Assembly (NCBI GenBank): GCA_039630235.1
Contig: JBCNVI010000002.1
Location: 57,501 to 121,500 of the forward strand
Reading direction: 5' to 3'
DNA: 64,000 nucleotides
Origin: Candidatus Hydrothermales bacterium
Lineage (GTDB): Bacteria > Hydrothermota > Hydrothermia > Hydrothermales > JAJRUZ01
Shown here: in pieces, positions 25,051 through 35,371 of the stretch
How the letters are laid out: the number at the start of each line of letters is the position of its first letter
Numbering within the stretch: the stretch's first letter is position 1
Position numbers and translations under genes: made by a program
The notes under the pieces: model-generated
What the model saw: the letters and a program-made list of their open reading frames with translations, nothing else
Told to the model about the DNA's origin: nothing
The model's database searches: none

Positions 25051-26695
25051 AGTAGACGAAAGTCTTTTTATAAATTCTATTTCCCTGTTTTAAAACAACA
25101 ATATAAAGACCCCTTTTAAGAGAAATGGTATTTTTACTAAGTCTAACCAGTTTCGGAAAGTTTATGATCTGATTCTCAAAGAATATGTGTTTTAGAAAAC
25201 CGGCTGAATCGTATAGATAAAGAGAGGAAGGCTCTTTAGAACTAGCAACCCAAATTTCAAGTATATCGTCTTTTCCATCGTTATTCGGAGTAAATCTTTG
25301 TGTAGAGAGTTTAAGCTTTTCTTCTCCCATTTCAATTTTATAGGGACCTCTACCAGGTGTTGAACCAGTGGGATCCTGTGAGGAGTTCCAGTTTTCCTTT
25401 AGCCAGGAAGGGCCAAAACTATATCTTTCAAGTGAAACTCCGTAGCTTCCTCCCCAATCGGGAGAGTAATTTACTGAATCAATTCTTTGTTTTAAAGAAT
25501 TTGTTATATAAACAAGATCACCATCGTTGTTAAGCGAGGGGAAATCAGAAAGTTCAAAAACAAAGGGAATTTTACCAAAAATCTGGTAAAATTGAAGAGT
25601 ATCAGATGTGAAAATTGCATAGGTATCACCTGGTATTTTTAGATTTTTTATATAAAAATTCTTATCTGTTAAATCTCTAAGAATCAAATTATCAATAAAG
25701 AGAGTATCCCGAGAAGGATTCTTAACTTCGATCCACTCGGGTTTACCTATATAAAAAATCTCGGTTATGTATAAAAGGGGAGTATCTATTACTATTTTAA
25801 AATTTATAAGATTATTAAAAGAATCTTTTTCCATTATAGGTGGAGAAATTTTAGCTTGAAGATCTAACACACCTTCAGAGTTTTCAAGCATTTCAACACT
25901 CTGTAAAACTGAATCCTTAGACTTTATTGTCCCACTAAATTGGAAATACACTTTATTTGAAATTTTTAAGAAACCATGAATGTTTCCGGAAAAGTCAAGA
26001 GATCCTATATTTTTAATATAAAAATAAACTCTAAAATTTAGTCCTTTTTTTATAAAAGAGGGTTTTACGTAGGCACTTTCTATCACAAGGTCAAAGCCGG
26101 GTGAAACTGAGTTAAATCTCCCTGGGGTAGACCTGTCCTTATCTACTGACTTTGCCCAATTATTAAGGGAATCAGGTTTTTCCAAAATGATCCTTTCAAT
26201 TGAGACTCCATCGTGAGCGCTTGTAAAGGGAACACCATTTATTCCAAAGGTAGAAACATAGACATTTGGGCTTCCGATCTCAAAAATAGCAATCGGATCT
26301 GTATTTGCAAGACCATATCTGTTGTCTCCCAAATCTATATCTTTTATCGTAAATATAAATGTACCTGGGTAAATTTTATAAGGTTGTGGGTGATCTTTAT
26401 TAAGTGTATCAGTGTAATTTCTATCTAAAATGACGCCGAATTTAAAAGGAGGAAGTTTTGTATTTCCAAAAATAACACCTGGATGAAATTTTAAAATTAA
26501 TGAGTCGGTCCAAGCACAAATTGTGTCCCTCTCATCAAAATCAGTTAATCCATAACGGGAAAAATCTATTGTATCAGGCCCTGGATTATAAACTTCTATC
26601 CACTCATTTCTTCTACCACTTGTATCTTCTTTACCTGGCGCATCATTTAAAACCTCTGAAATAATCGGATGAAAAAATAAAATTAAAATTATCAT
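25043..26695 (-). CDS. Secreted protein with two lamin-tail (LTD) domains and a FlgD-Ig/T9SS-like C-terminal sorting domain
   Basis: LTD signatures are NEWIEVYNPGPDTIDFSRYGL and PEWIEVKNPSRDTL. C-terminal features are FTPNNDGKDDILEIWV and ...GLYIVVLKQGNRIYKKTFVYFE. Confidence 0.65.
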   Translation of the reverse strand: MIILILFFHPIISEVLNDAPGKEDTSGRRNEWIEVYNPGPDTIDFSRYGLTDFDERDTICAWTDSLILKFHPGVIFGNTKLPPFKFGVILDRNYTDTLNKDHPQPYKIYPGTFIFTIKDIDLGDNRYGLANTDPIAIFEIGSPNVYVSTFGINGVPFTSAHDGVSIERIILEKPDSLNNWAKSVDKDRSTPGRFNSVSPGFDLVIESAYVKPSFIKKGLNFRVYFYIKNIGSLDFSGNIHGFLKISNKVYFQFSGTIKSKDSVLQSVEMLENSEGVLDLQAKISPPIMEKDSFNNLINFKIVIDTPLLYITEIFYIGKPEWIEVKNPSRDTLFIDNLILRDLTDKNFYIKNLKIPGDTYAIFTSDTLQFYQIFGKIPFVFELSDFPSLNNDGDLVYITNSLKQRIDSVNYSPDWGGSYGVSLERYSFGPSWLKENWNSSQDPTGSTPGRGPYKIEMGEEKLKLSTQRFTPNNDGKDDILEIWVASSKEPSSLYLYDSAGFLKHIFFENQIINFPKLVRLSKNTISLKRGLYIVVLKQGNRIYKKTFVYFE

Positions 26696-26743
26696 ATCTA
26701 AATTATAAAGAAATTTTAGAGGCTTTTACCTTAATATTTAATT

Positions 26744-27601
26744 ATGAAAGGAAAAAAAATTTTAATAATTGCTATAATTATTGCTGCGCTGATAGGTGTG
26801 TACGTAGTTGTATTGCTTTTAACAAAAAAACTAGAGTCTATCTACGTAAAGGGTGGAGTTGGTATCATAGAAGTAAAGGGTATTCTTTCAGATTCGAAGG
26901 ACTATAGAAAAGATCTTGAGTATCTTAAAAAGAGAAAGGATGTAAAAGCACTGCTTTTATATATCGACTCTCCAGGTGGAGGCGTGGTGCCAGCTCAGGA
27001 AATTTATTATTCAGTCTTAAAGTTCAAAGAAGAGAAGAAAGTCCCTGTTGTTGCCTATATTTCAACCCTTGGAGCATCTGGCGCCTACTATGTAGCAATT
27101 TCAGCTGACAAAATAATGGCTGCACCAGGCTCAATAACAGGATCAATCGGTGTAATAGCTCAATACCCTACTCTTCATGGACTATTTGAAAAAATAGGAA
27201 TAAAATTTAGGATATTTAAAAGGGGGAAGTTCAAAGACGCTGGCTCACCCTATAGGGAAATAACAGACGAAGAGAAAAAATACATAGAAGATTTACTTGA
27301 AAATATATACAAGCAATTTTTTAGAGAGGTTGCTTTAAGGAGAAAACTTGATACATTAAATTTAGAAAAGTGGGCCGAGGGAAAAATTTTTACAGGCTTG
27401 CAGGCAAAAAAGTTAGGACTTGTTGACACAATAGGAACCTATGAAGATGCCCTAATGCTTGCAGGAAAACTCGCTGGAATAAAAGAAAAACCAAAGGAAA
27501 TAAGACCTCCTAAGAAAATAAAAGGTTTTTTCCAAACATTTATCGAAAATCTAATAAGTATAGGAATACCAAAAATTGAATACAGACTTTCTCTTGATTA
27601 A
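26744..27601 (+). CDS. sppA: Signal peptide peptidase SppA (36K type)
   Basis: N-terminal TM, IDSPGGG, catalytic Ser region LGASGAYY, and Lys in GKFKDAGSP. Confidence 0.88.
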   Translation: MKGKKILIIAIIIAALIGVYVVVLLLTKKLESIYVKGGVGIIEVKGILSDSKDYRKDLEYLKKRKDVKALLLYIDSPGGGVVPAQEIYYSVLKFKEEKKVPVVAYISTLGASGAYYVAISADKIMAAPGSITGSIGVIAQYPTLHGLFEKIGIKFRIFKRGKFKDAGSPYREITDEEKKYIEDLLENIYKQFFREVALRRKLDTLNLEKWAEGKIFTGLQAKKLGLVDTIGTYEDALMLAGKLAGIKEKPKEIRPPKKIKGFFQTFIENLISIGIPKIEYRLSLD

Positions 27602-27767
27602 TTTTTAAAAAGCGACCTTTTACTTTATTCATACATTGTAATTCCTAAAGCCCTCATAAGTTGTAAAATTTTTAAGCCACTTAAACGCGTTAACTACTAC
27701 CATACATAATAGCAACACCCTTTCTTAAACCAGAAATCACCAAAAAGCCATCCAAAACTCTTAATAT

Positions 27768-28646
27768 TCATTTTTGAGGTAGATGTTTAATAAAAAAATT
27801 ATAGGCATTTAAATACAAAAAAGAGTCTGGTAAATCCCTTACGAATTCGCTTATCTTTTTATGAGAGACGAGATCTTCAATTATATATTTTTTGGGCAAC
27901 CCAAAAAGATCAGAACCCAAAGAAATATTTTCCGGATATTTCTTTAGAAGCCTTTTTATCTTCTTGATCACCTCTTCTTTTTTAATTTTTTTCTCGAAAA
28001 AGAGATGACCCAGGGCAACCCCTGCAATACTATTTCTCTTTTTTATTAAATCCATCTCTTTAAAAGAAATATTTCTACTATTTTTCGGATTTTTTAAAAT
28101 ACCCGTATGAGAAACAAAAAAGGGAACATTCATCTTATAAACATCATAAAAAGTTTTTCTCCCAGAATGTGCAAGATCTACTATTCCTCCAATTTCAGCA
28201 ATAGCACTCACTATCTCTTTTCCAAATTTAGTTAAACCCCCTCCGTTTAAGTCTTCACATGCTGAGGCAATCTGATTTGAATAATTCCACGTTAATGTAA
28301 AAACTCTCACCCCTAAATTAAAAAGTGCCCTTAATATATATTTGTCAGTTATAACAGAAGAGCCCTCTAAATTTATTATAAATCCCTTTTTGTCTGACTC
28401 TAAAACACTTTCTAAATCAGAAGCCTTTTCAACAATTACAAAACCATTCTTTTCTGAAAACTCTCTATAGGTTTCTATTGTTCTTAAAATAAAATTTAAA
28501 TCATAGCTTTCAATAAACTCCTTTTTCCATTTGATTAAAGTAAAAACAGAAACAACATTTATTTTAAAAAAGTCGTTCGCATTTAACTCTTCATTTAGAA
28601 TAAAAGGCAAAGCATCCTGATGAAGATCAAAAATAATTTTTTCCAT
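27768..28646 (-). CDS. Membrane-dipeptidase family (peptidase M19)-like hydrolase
   Basis: IFDLHQD, INLEGSS, FTLTWNYSNQ, GGLTKFGKEIV..GGIVDLAHSG, FFVSHTG, GSDLFG. These follow the order of the M19 metal-ligand motifs. Confidence 0.65.
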   Translation of the reverse strand: MEKIIFDLHQDALPFILNEELNANDFFKINVVSVFTLIKWKKEFIESYDLNFILRTIETYREFSEKNGFVIVEKASDLESVLESDKKGFIINLEGSSVITDKYILRALFNLGVRVFTLTWNYSNQIASACEDLNGGGLTKFGKEIVSAIAEIGGIVDLAHSGRKTFYDVYKMNVPFFVSHTGILKNPKNSRNISFKEMDLIKKRNSIAGVALGHLFFEKKIKKEEVIKKIKRLLKKYPENISLGSDLFGLPKKYIIEDLVSHKKISEFVRDLPDSFLYLNAYNFFIKHLPQK

Positions 28647-28683
28647 TTATGAATTTGATTTAAATTTTAATTTATAATGAAAG

Positions 28684-29610
28684 ATGCCGTCAAGGAAATT
28701 ATTCGCAGGAGTTGATATTGGGGGGACAAGGGTTAAACTGTGCTTTTACGATGGAGAAAAGTTCTCTGAAGAAAAAATATTTAAAATTAATCCTGAAGAG
28801 AACTTTTTAGAAGAAATTATCGAGCATTTAAATAGAAAAAAAAATCTAAAGGCCGTAGCATTTGGTATACCTGGAGTTATTGACGATAAAAACAATTTAA
28901 GATTTGCGCCTAATCTTCCCTTTCTATTTGGTAAAAATTTAGATGAATTAATAAAAAAAAGATTAAAAGTAAAGAATGTTTTCTTTGATAACGATTGTCA
29001 CATGAATGCATATGGGGAGTGGAAATTGGGGAAGGCAAAAGGATTAGAGTGTTTTATTTTTTTAACACTTGGAACAGGTGTTGGAGGCGCGGTTTTTATA
29101 GAAAAAAAACTTTTTAGAGGATATAAAAATCTTGGTGCTGAATTTGGTCATGTAACTGTTGATCCAAATGGTCCTATGTGCTCCTGCGGCAATAGGGGGT
29201 GTCTCGAAGCATTTGCATCAAAGAATGGAATAAGGAATTTTTTGTATATGAAAAAAAAGGAGGGAATCGACCACTTTTTAACAAAGAATCCATCAAAGGT
29301 TGAACCAGAGGAGGTTTATGAATTTGCAAAAAGGAAGGATCAACTTGCCATAGAATGTTTCAAAAATTTAGGATACGCCCTTGGGATCGCGTTATCTGAT
29401 TTTGCAAAAGTTTTTTCACCCCAAAAATTCATAATCGGAGGAGGAATTTCCCATGCCTTTGATATTTTCTACACTTTTATTTTAGAGGAATATACAAAAA
29501 GAGTACCCTCTTATCTTTTAGATATAAAAATTGAAAAGGCAGAGCTCTCTGACGAAGCGGGAATGTACGGAGCTTCACTTTATGCTTATGACAACTTTTA
29601 TAAAAAATAA
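28684..29610 (+). CDS. ROK-family sugar kinase (glucokinase-like)
   Basis: GVDIGGTRVK, LTLGTGVGGA, and the ROK zinc motif GHVTVDPNGPMCSCGNRGCLEA. Confidence 0.88.
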   Translation: MPSRKLFAGVDIGGTRVKLCFYDGEKFSEEKIFKINPEENFLEEIIEHLNRKKNLKAVAFGIPGVIDDKNNLRFAPNLPFLFGKNLDELIKKRLKVKNVFFDNDCHMNAYGEWKLGKAKGLECFIFLTLGTGVGGAVFIEKKLFRGYKNLGAEFGHVTVDPNGPMCSCGNRGCLEAFASKNGIRNFLYMKKKEGIDHFLTKNPSKVEPEEVYEFAKRKDQLAIECFKNLGYALGIALSDFAKVFSPQKFIIGGGISHAFDIFYTFILEEYTKRVPSYLLDIKIEKAELSDEAGMYGASLYAYDNFYKK

Positions 29611-31057
29611 CAAAGAAGCAATATTTTTTTTAATTTTAATTTTTCTTTTAGGAATTTTTTTTATACAGAAATTTCCACATTCGATATTCCACTTAACGAG
29701 TGACACTTACGAATACGGTAATATCGCAAAAAATTTAATCGAAAAAGGGGGATTTTTTGTTAACAATTTATATCCCATCCAGTTAGCTTTTGATTTTTCA
29801 AGAGAAATACCTGTGCCTTCTGTTTTGAGAATGCCAATCTATCCCCTTCTGCTTTCTCTTTTTTTTAAGATTTTTGGAATAAGTGATAAAACAATTCTTT
29901 TAACAAGCTTTTTCTTTTATATTCTTTCCGGCTTTTTATTTTTAATTTTCATTGAAAGTCTAAAAGTAAGCAAAATTATTAAGGTCTTAAGTTTAATCTT
30001 TTTTATGTTAAATCCTATATATCTAGATCTAACTTTAAGAGGGCTTTCAGAGCCACTTGCGGTCTCAATTTTCATTTTGTTTTTAATCTTTTTGTTTAAA
30101 GAAAACAAAACTTTTATCTTAATCTCAAGTTTTTTTCTTTCTATTTTTTCTTTAACAAGATACTACATAGTTTTACTTCTTGTTTTACCTGTTACTTTTT
30201 ATCTTTACAGTAAAAAAAATTTGAAACTTATAGCATTTTATCTTTTTTTTCTTCTAATTCCTCTTTTGCCATGGTTATATAGAACTTATAAACTGACAAA
30301 AAACCCGTTTTTTAACTTAGCTTTCTATACACTCGGTAGCTACGAAATAGCTGGTATTCCTTATATAAGCTCTTTTCAAATAAATTTTTTTGACTTTCTT
30401 GAATCAAAAATTGACTCTCTATTTTTTTATTTAAAAACCCTCAATAACATCTCCCCTTTTTATTTCTTTCCCTTTTCAATAATTTTTTTATTTAAAAACA
30501 ATGCTGATTCTCTTAGACACTTTAAAATTTTCTTCTTCCTTTCACTTACAATTTTCAGTTTAACCTTTGGGATTATAAATCCAGAGCATCGTTTTATACT
30601 TTATTTATCTGTTTTTGTTATACCCTTCTCCATCATTTTCTTAAAAGAACATCCTAAATTCTTGAAGTTCTTTTTAACTTTTGTTTTACTTTTAACACTT
30701 CATGAAAACAAAAATGTTATAAGAGGTGCTATAACTAGAAACAATAACTTTTTTAAAAGTGAGGAAGTTTTAAGGGAAATAGAAAAAATAGAAGAGGAGA
30801 GTTTCTTTGTTTCAAACGCCGATGCTCTCATAGGTTTTTACACAGGCAAAACTTGTATATTTCCTTTAACATACGCAGGAGACTATGAATACCTTTTCAA
30901 ATTAGTTAATGTAAAAGGGATTATAATATTCCAGGGTGTAGACAGGCTCTTTTATATGAAATATGGTTTTAATGATATAATGGGCTTTTTGGAAAAAGAA
31001 TTTCCTCTAAGAAAAACCTTTAGTGATGGAACGATCTTAATTAGGAGGGGGAGTTAA
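29582..31057 (+). CDS. Polytopic GT-C-type glycosyltransferase-like membrane protein (PMT_2/ArnT-like)
   Basis: About 490 aa with more than 10 TM segments. The N-terminal loop reads SDTYEYGNIAKNLIEKGGF... The start is set at the internal ATG because the upstream part overlaps the ROK gene. Confidence 0.5.
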   Translation: MLMTTFIKNNKEAIFFLILIFLLGIFFIQKFPHSIFHLTSDTYEYGNIAKNLIEKGGFFVNNLYPIQLAFDFSREIPVPSVLRMPIYPLLLSLFFKIFGISDKTILLTSFFFYILSGFLFLIFIESLKVSKIIKVLSLIFFMLNPIYLDLTLRGLSEPLAVSIFILFLIFLFKENKTFILISSFFLSIFSLTRYYIVLLLVLPVTFYLYSKKNLKLIAFYLFFLLIPLLPWLYRTYKLTKNPFFNLAFYTLGSYEIAGIPYISSFQINFFDFLESKIDSLFFYLKTLNNISPFYFFPFSIIFLFKNNADSLRHFKIFFFLSLTIFSLTFGIINPEHRFILYLSVFVIPFSIIFLKEHPKFLKFFLTFVLLLTLHENKNVIRGAITRNNNFFKSEEVLREIEKIEEESFFVSNADALIGFYTGKTCIFPLTYAGDYEYLFKLVNVKGIIIFQGVDRLFYMKYGFNDIMGFLEKEFPLRKTFSDGTILIRRGS

Positions 31058-31866
31058 CTTAAATTAAAAGTTCTATAATACCTGCTTGAAGAAAGAGGCA
31101 AGTCAAAGAAGGTGGGGTAAAAATCGTGAAGTTTTGCTATGGTTTTCCATAATCTTTTAACATAAATATTCTTTTTTCCCTTTTTGATTCCCTCTATTAT
31201 TTTCTGAGCAACCTCCCCTGAGTCAGCCCACATCAATTTGTTTTTTCTTATATTAATATTTTCAAATTTTTTTATAGCATTTTTAAAAAAATCAGATTCA
31301 AAGGGACCCGGATAAACACCAATAACTTTTATTTTATATGCCCTTAATTCTCTTCTTAAGGCATCAGTAAAACCACGAACAGCAAACTTTGTAGCAGCAT
31401 AAACGCTCATAAGGGGTAACCCCACATACCCAGCAAGAGAAGAAATATTCACTATGACTCCTTTTCCATTCTTTTTCATATAAGGTAAAAACTCTTTAGT
31501 AACAAGAAAAATACCTTTTACGTTTACATCAAAAAGTTTACTGAAATCACTTTCTTCCACATCTTCAACTTTAGCATAAAGCCCTACTCCCGCGTTATTT
31601 ATGAGACAGTCAACACTTTCAAACTCATATGCAGCAATTTTAGCAAATTCCTTAACTGACTTTTCATCAGTGACATCTAGAAATGAACTAATAACTTTAA
31701 CCTTAAAATTTTTTATAATTTCATCTTTTATTTGGTCAATAATTTCCTTTCTTCGTGAACCGATTAGGAGATTACCGCCTTCACTTGCAATTTTGTGGAC
31801 AAGTTCTTTTCCAAGACCTGAGGAAGCACCCGTAATTATAAAATTTTTGTTCTTAAAACTTTTCAT
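31054..31866 (-). CDS. Short-chain dehydrogenase/reductase
   Basis: TGASSGLGKE, NNAG, YAATKFA. Confidence 0.85.
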   Translation of the reverse strand: MKSFKNKNFIITGASSGLGKELVHKIASEGGNLLIGSRRKEIIDQIKDEIIKNFKVKVISSFLDVTDEKSVKEFAKIAAYEFESVDCLINNAGVGLYAKVEDVEESDFSKLFDVNVKGIFLVTKEFLPYMKKNGKGVIVNISSLAGYVGLPLMSVYAATKFAVRGFTDALRRELRAYKIKVIGVYPGPFESDFFKNAIKKFENINIRKNKLMWADSGEVAQKIIEGIKKGKKNIYVKRLWKTIAKLHDFYPTFFDLPLSSSRYYRTFNLS

Positions 31867-33523
31867 TTATGATTTCCAGATCTAAAATCTTAAAAGATAG
31901 ATCTTTTCTTTTTGAATAGTAGTCAATTTCAGGGCTATAGACGGCTGAAATTTTTGTTTTTCCAGAAACTATTTTATCGTAAAGATCGAATCTTTCAGGA
32001 ACAAAGGCTCTAAAAAATCTACCCTTTTTGATTACATAGAAATCAAGATGTTCATTTTTTCTTAATTTTATATCTCCAACACAAGTTAAATTTTCATCGA
32101 GAAATACAGGTTTTGGATTTCCCTCTCCGAAGGGTTCCATCTTTTCAATTACCTCAGAATAAAGAAAGCTATCCCACTCCTCAATTGGAAATTTGCAATC
32201 AATAGTTACCTCGGGTTCAAAATCCTCTTCTTTAAAGTTAATACTTGCAAGCAAATTAATTTTTTCTTCAAAGACTTCGTAATCTTTCTTTAAAATCTTT
32301 ATACCAGCTGCACAGCTGTGCCCCCCATACTCAAGTATTAGATCGTCTAATTTGTCAAATATTTCCATAAGATCTATATTTTTATTAATTGACCTTGCCG
32401 AACCCCTTAAAATATCCCCTTGTTCCGTAAAAACTATAGATGGCCTATAATACTTTTCTGCTATCTTAGAAGCAACTATTCCTATTACCCCTGGATGAAA
32501 ATCTTTACCTTTAATTGTTATAAAGAAGTTCTTTCCCTTATCCTCCTTTTCAATTGTTGAAAGAGCCCCAGCTAATATTCTCTCCTGTTCCTCCATTCTT
32601 AAGCTATTCATTTTCTCAAGCATCTTAGCCAGTTTCAGAGCCTCCTCAGTTTTTTTTGTAACTAAAAGATTAAAAGATAAACTTGCATCCTGCAACCTAC
32701 CAGCTGCATTAAGCCTTGGTGCAAGAACAAAAAGGATATCCCATGTTCTAAGATTTTCTTCTCTACCAGAAATTTTTTTCAAAACCTTTATACCCATTTT
32801 CTTTGACTTCTCAAGAACCTTCATTCCAAGATAACTTAAGACCCTATTTTCAGAAATAAGTGGAACAATATCAGCAACAGTTCCAAGTACGACAAGATCA
32901 AGATCCCAAATTAGCTCTTTTGGATCTTGTCCCATTTTCTCGTATAGAGCTAGCAAGAATTTAAAAACAACACCAACACCTGAGAGAAACCTAAAGGGAT
33001 AATCAAGATGTGGATTTATTATAGCAAGAGCCTTTGGTAAATCCTTTGATGGGAAGTGGTGATCAGTTATTATAAGATCAAGATTATTTTTAAAAGCCCA
33101 TTCAGCTGCCTCAAAGGACCTTATTCCAGAATCCACTGTTATAACTAAACTAACTCCCTTTTCCCTTAACTCTTTAAGCCCACTTATCTGGACTCCATAT
33201 CCCTCACTTAATCTATTTGGAATTTTTACCTCAACATCAACTCCTAACTTTTTTAAATTCCTATATAAGATAGCACCTCCTGTAATTCCATCTACATCAT
33301 AATCTATATATAGTCCCACCTTTTCTTTTTTATCAATTGCTCTTTTAAGCCTTTCAACAGCCTCTTTCACCCCCTTTAATTTATAAAAAGAGTAAATATA
33401 AGAAAGCTGAGGATCTAAAAAAGCCTCCTTGTCCTCTATCCCCCTTATTTCAAGTAAAAAATCAAGAAGGTTTTCTCTTTTAGGAACCTTGTCAGATCTT
33501 ATAAACCATCTTTTCCTCCTCAT
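31853..33523 (-). CDS. recJ: Single-stranded-DNA-specific exonuclease RecJ
   Basis: 556 aa. DHH motifs DYDVDGITG, TVDSG and ITDHH, then DHHA1 GGHSCAAG, with an OB-like C-terminus. Confidence 0.9.
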   Translation of the reverse strand: MRRKRWFIRSDKVPKRENLLDFLLEIRGIEDKEAFLDPQLSYIYSFYKLKGVKEAVERLKRAIDKKEKVGLYIDYDVDGITGGAILYRNLKKLGVDVEVKIPNRLSEGYGVQISGLKELREKGVSLVITVDSGIRSFEAAEWAFKNNLDLIITDHHFPSKDLPKALAIINPHLDYPFRFLSGVGVVFKFLLALYEKMGQDPKELIWDLDLVVLGTVADIVPLISENRVLSYLGMKVLEKSKKMGIKVLKKISGREENLRTWDILFVLAPRLNAAGRLQDASLSFNLLVTKKTEEALKLAKMLEKMNSLRMEEQERILAGALSTIEKEDKGKNFFITIKGKDFHPGVIGIVASKIAEKYYRPSIVFTEQGDILRGSARSINKNIDLMEIFDKLDDLILEYGGHSCAAGIKILKKDYEVFEEKINLLASINFKEEDFEPEVTIDCKFPIEEWDSFLYSEVIEKMEPFGEGNPKPVFLDENLTCVGDIKLRKNEHLDFYVIKKGRFFRAFVPERFDLYDKIVSGKTKISAVYSPEIDYYSKRKDLSFKILDLEIINEKF

Positions 33524-34032
33524 TAAATCTCTATTTCAAGCTTTTCAAACTCCCTCTGTGAAAGTTTATGATCTAAAAAGTAAAGAGAGGAAACAGAATC
33601 TTTAATTTTGATAATAGTATCTAGTATTACAAAAGTTTGATTTTCCTCTTCAACTTGTTCATCTATAAACCAGTGAAGGAAAGTTTTTGTAGGATAGTCA
33701 TTAAGCTCTTCAGCAAGTTTATAAATTTCATGAATATTTTTTGTTATAAACTTTTCGTGATTATGGGCATCCTCAAAGGCCTCCTTCGGTGAGTTCCATT
33801 CAGATTTGGGCTTTTCAAGTTTATCAAGCTCAGGTTTCTCCCCTCTGTCTGTAATAAACTTATAAAATCTCATGGCATGACCAAGTTCTTCCCATGCCTG
33901 AACTTTCATCCACTTAGCAAAACCCAATAAATTCTCCTTTTCAAACCAAGCAGCCATGGAAAGATAAAGATAGGCAGAGTAAAATTCCCTATTCATCTGA
34001 TCGTTCAAAGCCTTTAAAATTTTCTTATCCAT
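33523..34032 (-). CDS. ftn: Ferritin (non-haem)
   Basis: 169 aa four-helix bundle with ferroxidase ligands in EFYSAYLYLSM, QAWEELGHAMRF and FIDEQVEEE. Confidence 0.88.
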   Translation of the reverse strand: MDKKILKALNDQMNREFYSAYLYLSMAAWFEKENLLGFAKWMKVQAWEELGHAMRFYKFITDRGEKPELDKLEKPKSEWNSPKEAFEDAHNHEKFITKNIHEIYKLAEELNDYPTKTFLHWFIDEQVEEENQTFVILDTIIKIKDSVSSLYFLDHKLSQREFEKLEIEI

Positions 34033-34052
34033 AATTTTCCCCCGCCAAATTA

Positions 34053-35348
34053 TTAATAACTAACAAGAGGAGTAGAACCCCCGCTTAAAATTAAACCCCT
34101 TTTTCCAATATCTTTTCTATAATGCATACCCTCAAACTCTATAAACTTAACACCATAATAGGCTCTTTCAATTGCTTTCTCTAAGGTTTCACCATAACCT
34201 AAGACACCCATAACCCTGCCCCCATGTGTATATAGCTCCCCATCTTTCTCTACAACTCCAGCAAAGAAAACTTTCATATCCTCTGACTTTATCTTTTCAT
34301 ACCCTCTTATTAATTTACCCTTTTCATAACTATCGGGATAACCCTTTGATGCAATAACAACGTAACAAGCATATCCCTCCTTAAATTTAAGTTTTGAAAG
34401 TTTTAAAAGTTCAAATTCTTTGGTATGTTCAACTATTTCTAAAAGATCTGTTTCAAGTAAATATAAAAGAACTTGACCTTCAGGATCTCCCATTCTTACG
34501 TTGTATTCAAGGACATAAGGGCCCTCATCTGTTAACATAAGTCCAAAATATAGAAAACCCTGGTATTCAAAACCTCTTTTTACCATACCTCTTATTGTTC
34601 TTTTAACTATCTTTTCATCTATGTCTTCTAACAGTGAGGGACTTACAAAGGGGCAAGGAGCGTAGGCTCCCATTCCACCTGTATTTGGTCCCTTATCATC
34701 ATCAAAAACCCGTTTATGGTCTTGAGAAGTTATAAAGGGAAGATATTCGTCACCTGCAACAGATACAATAAGTGAAATCTCGACTCCTTGCAGGTATTCT
34801 TCGATTACACAAACATTACCTGATTCTCCGAAAATCTTATCCTCCATTATCTTTTTAATTGCCTCATAGGCTTCTTCTTTTGACCAGCAAACAAAGCTTC
34901 CCTTACCAAGGGCAAGTCCATCTGCCTTAATCACTATAGGTGTGCCCCTTTTATCTACATACTCTCTTGCTTTCTTTGGTTCGTCAAATATTTCAAAGCG
35001 CGCGGTTTTAACGCCATATTCAGACATAAATCCTTTTGCATAAGCTTTACTTCCCTCAAGGATTGATTCTTTTTTTGATGGACCATAGACAAAGGCAACA
35101 TCTTTTACAAAGTCTTTAAATCCCTTTACAAGGGGCTCTTCAGGGCCTACAATAACGTAATCTATTTTTTCCTTTTGAAGAAAATCTTTTATTTCCTTAA
35201 AATCCATTTTAAAGTCTAAGAGTACCTTCATGCTCTCTTTCATGCCGCTATTTCCAGGAATAACAAAGGTCTCATGATTTTTTCTTACTAAAGAGTAAGA
35301 GATAGCATGCTCTCTTGCACCGCTACCTATTACGGCTACCTTTGTCAT
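34053..35348 (-). CDS. purD: Phosphoribosylamine-glycine ligase
   Basis: MTKVAVIGSGAREHAI, ATP-grasp core VIKADGLALGKG, NVRMGDPE. Confidence 0.92.
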   Translation of the reverse strand: MTKVAVIGSGAREHAISYSLVRKNHETFVIPGNSGMKESMKVLLDFKMDFKEIKDFLQKEKIDYVIVGPEEPLVKGFKDFVKDVAFVYGPSKKESILEGSKAYAKGFMSEYGVKTARFEIFDEPKKAREYVDKRGTPIVIKADGLALGKGSFVCWSKEEAYEAIKKIMEDKIFGESGNVCVIEEYLQGVEISLIVSVAGDEYLPFITSQDHKRVFDDDKGPNTGGMGAYAPCPFVSPSLLEDIDEKIVKRTIRGMVKRGFEYQGFLYFGLMLTDEGPYVLEYNVRMGDPEGQVLLYLLETDLLEIVEHTKEFELLKLSKLKFKEGYACYVVIASKGYPDSYEKGKLIRGYEKIKSEDMKVFFAGVVEKDGELYTHGGRVMGVLGYGETLEKAIERAYYGVKFIEFEGMHYRKDIGKRGLILSGGSTPLVSY

Positions 35349-35371
35349 GGCTGCACTTAATTATATATTTT

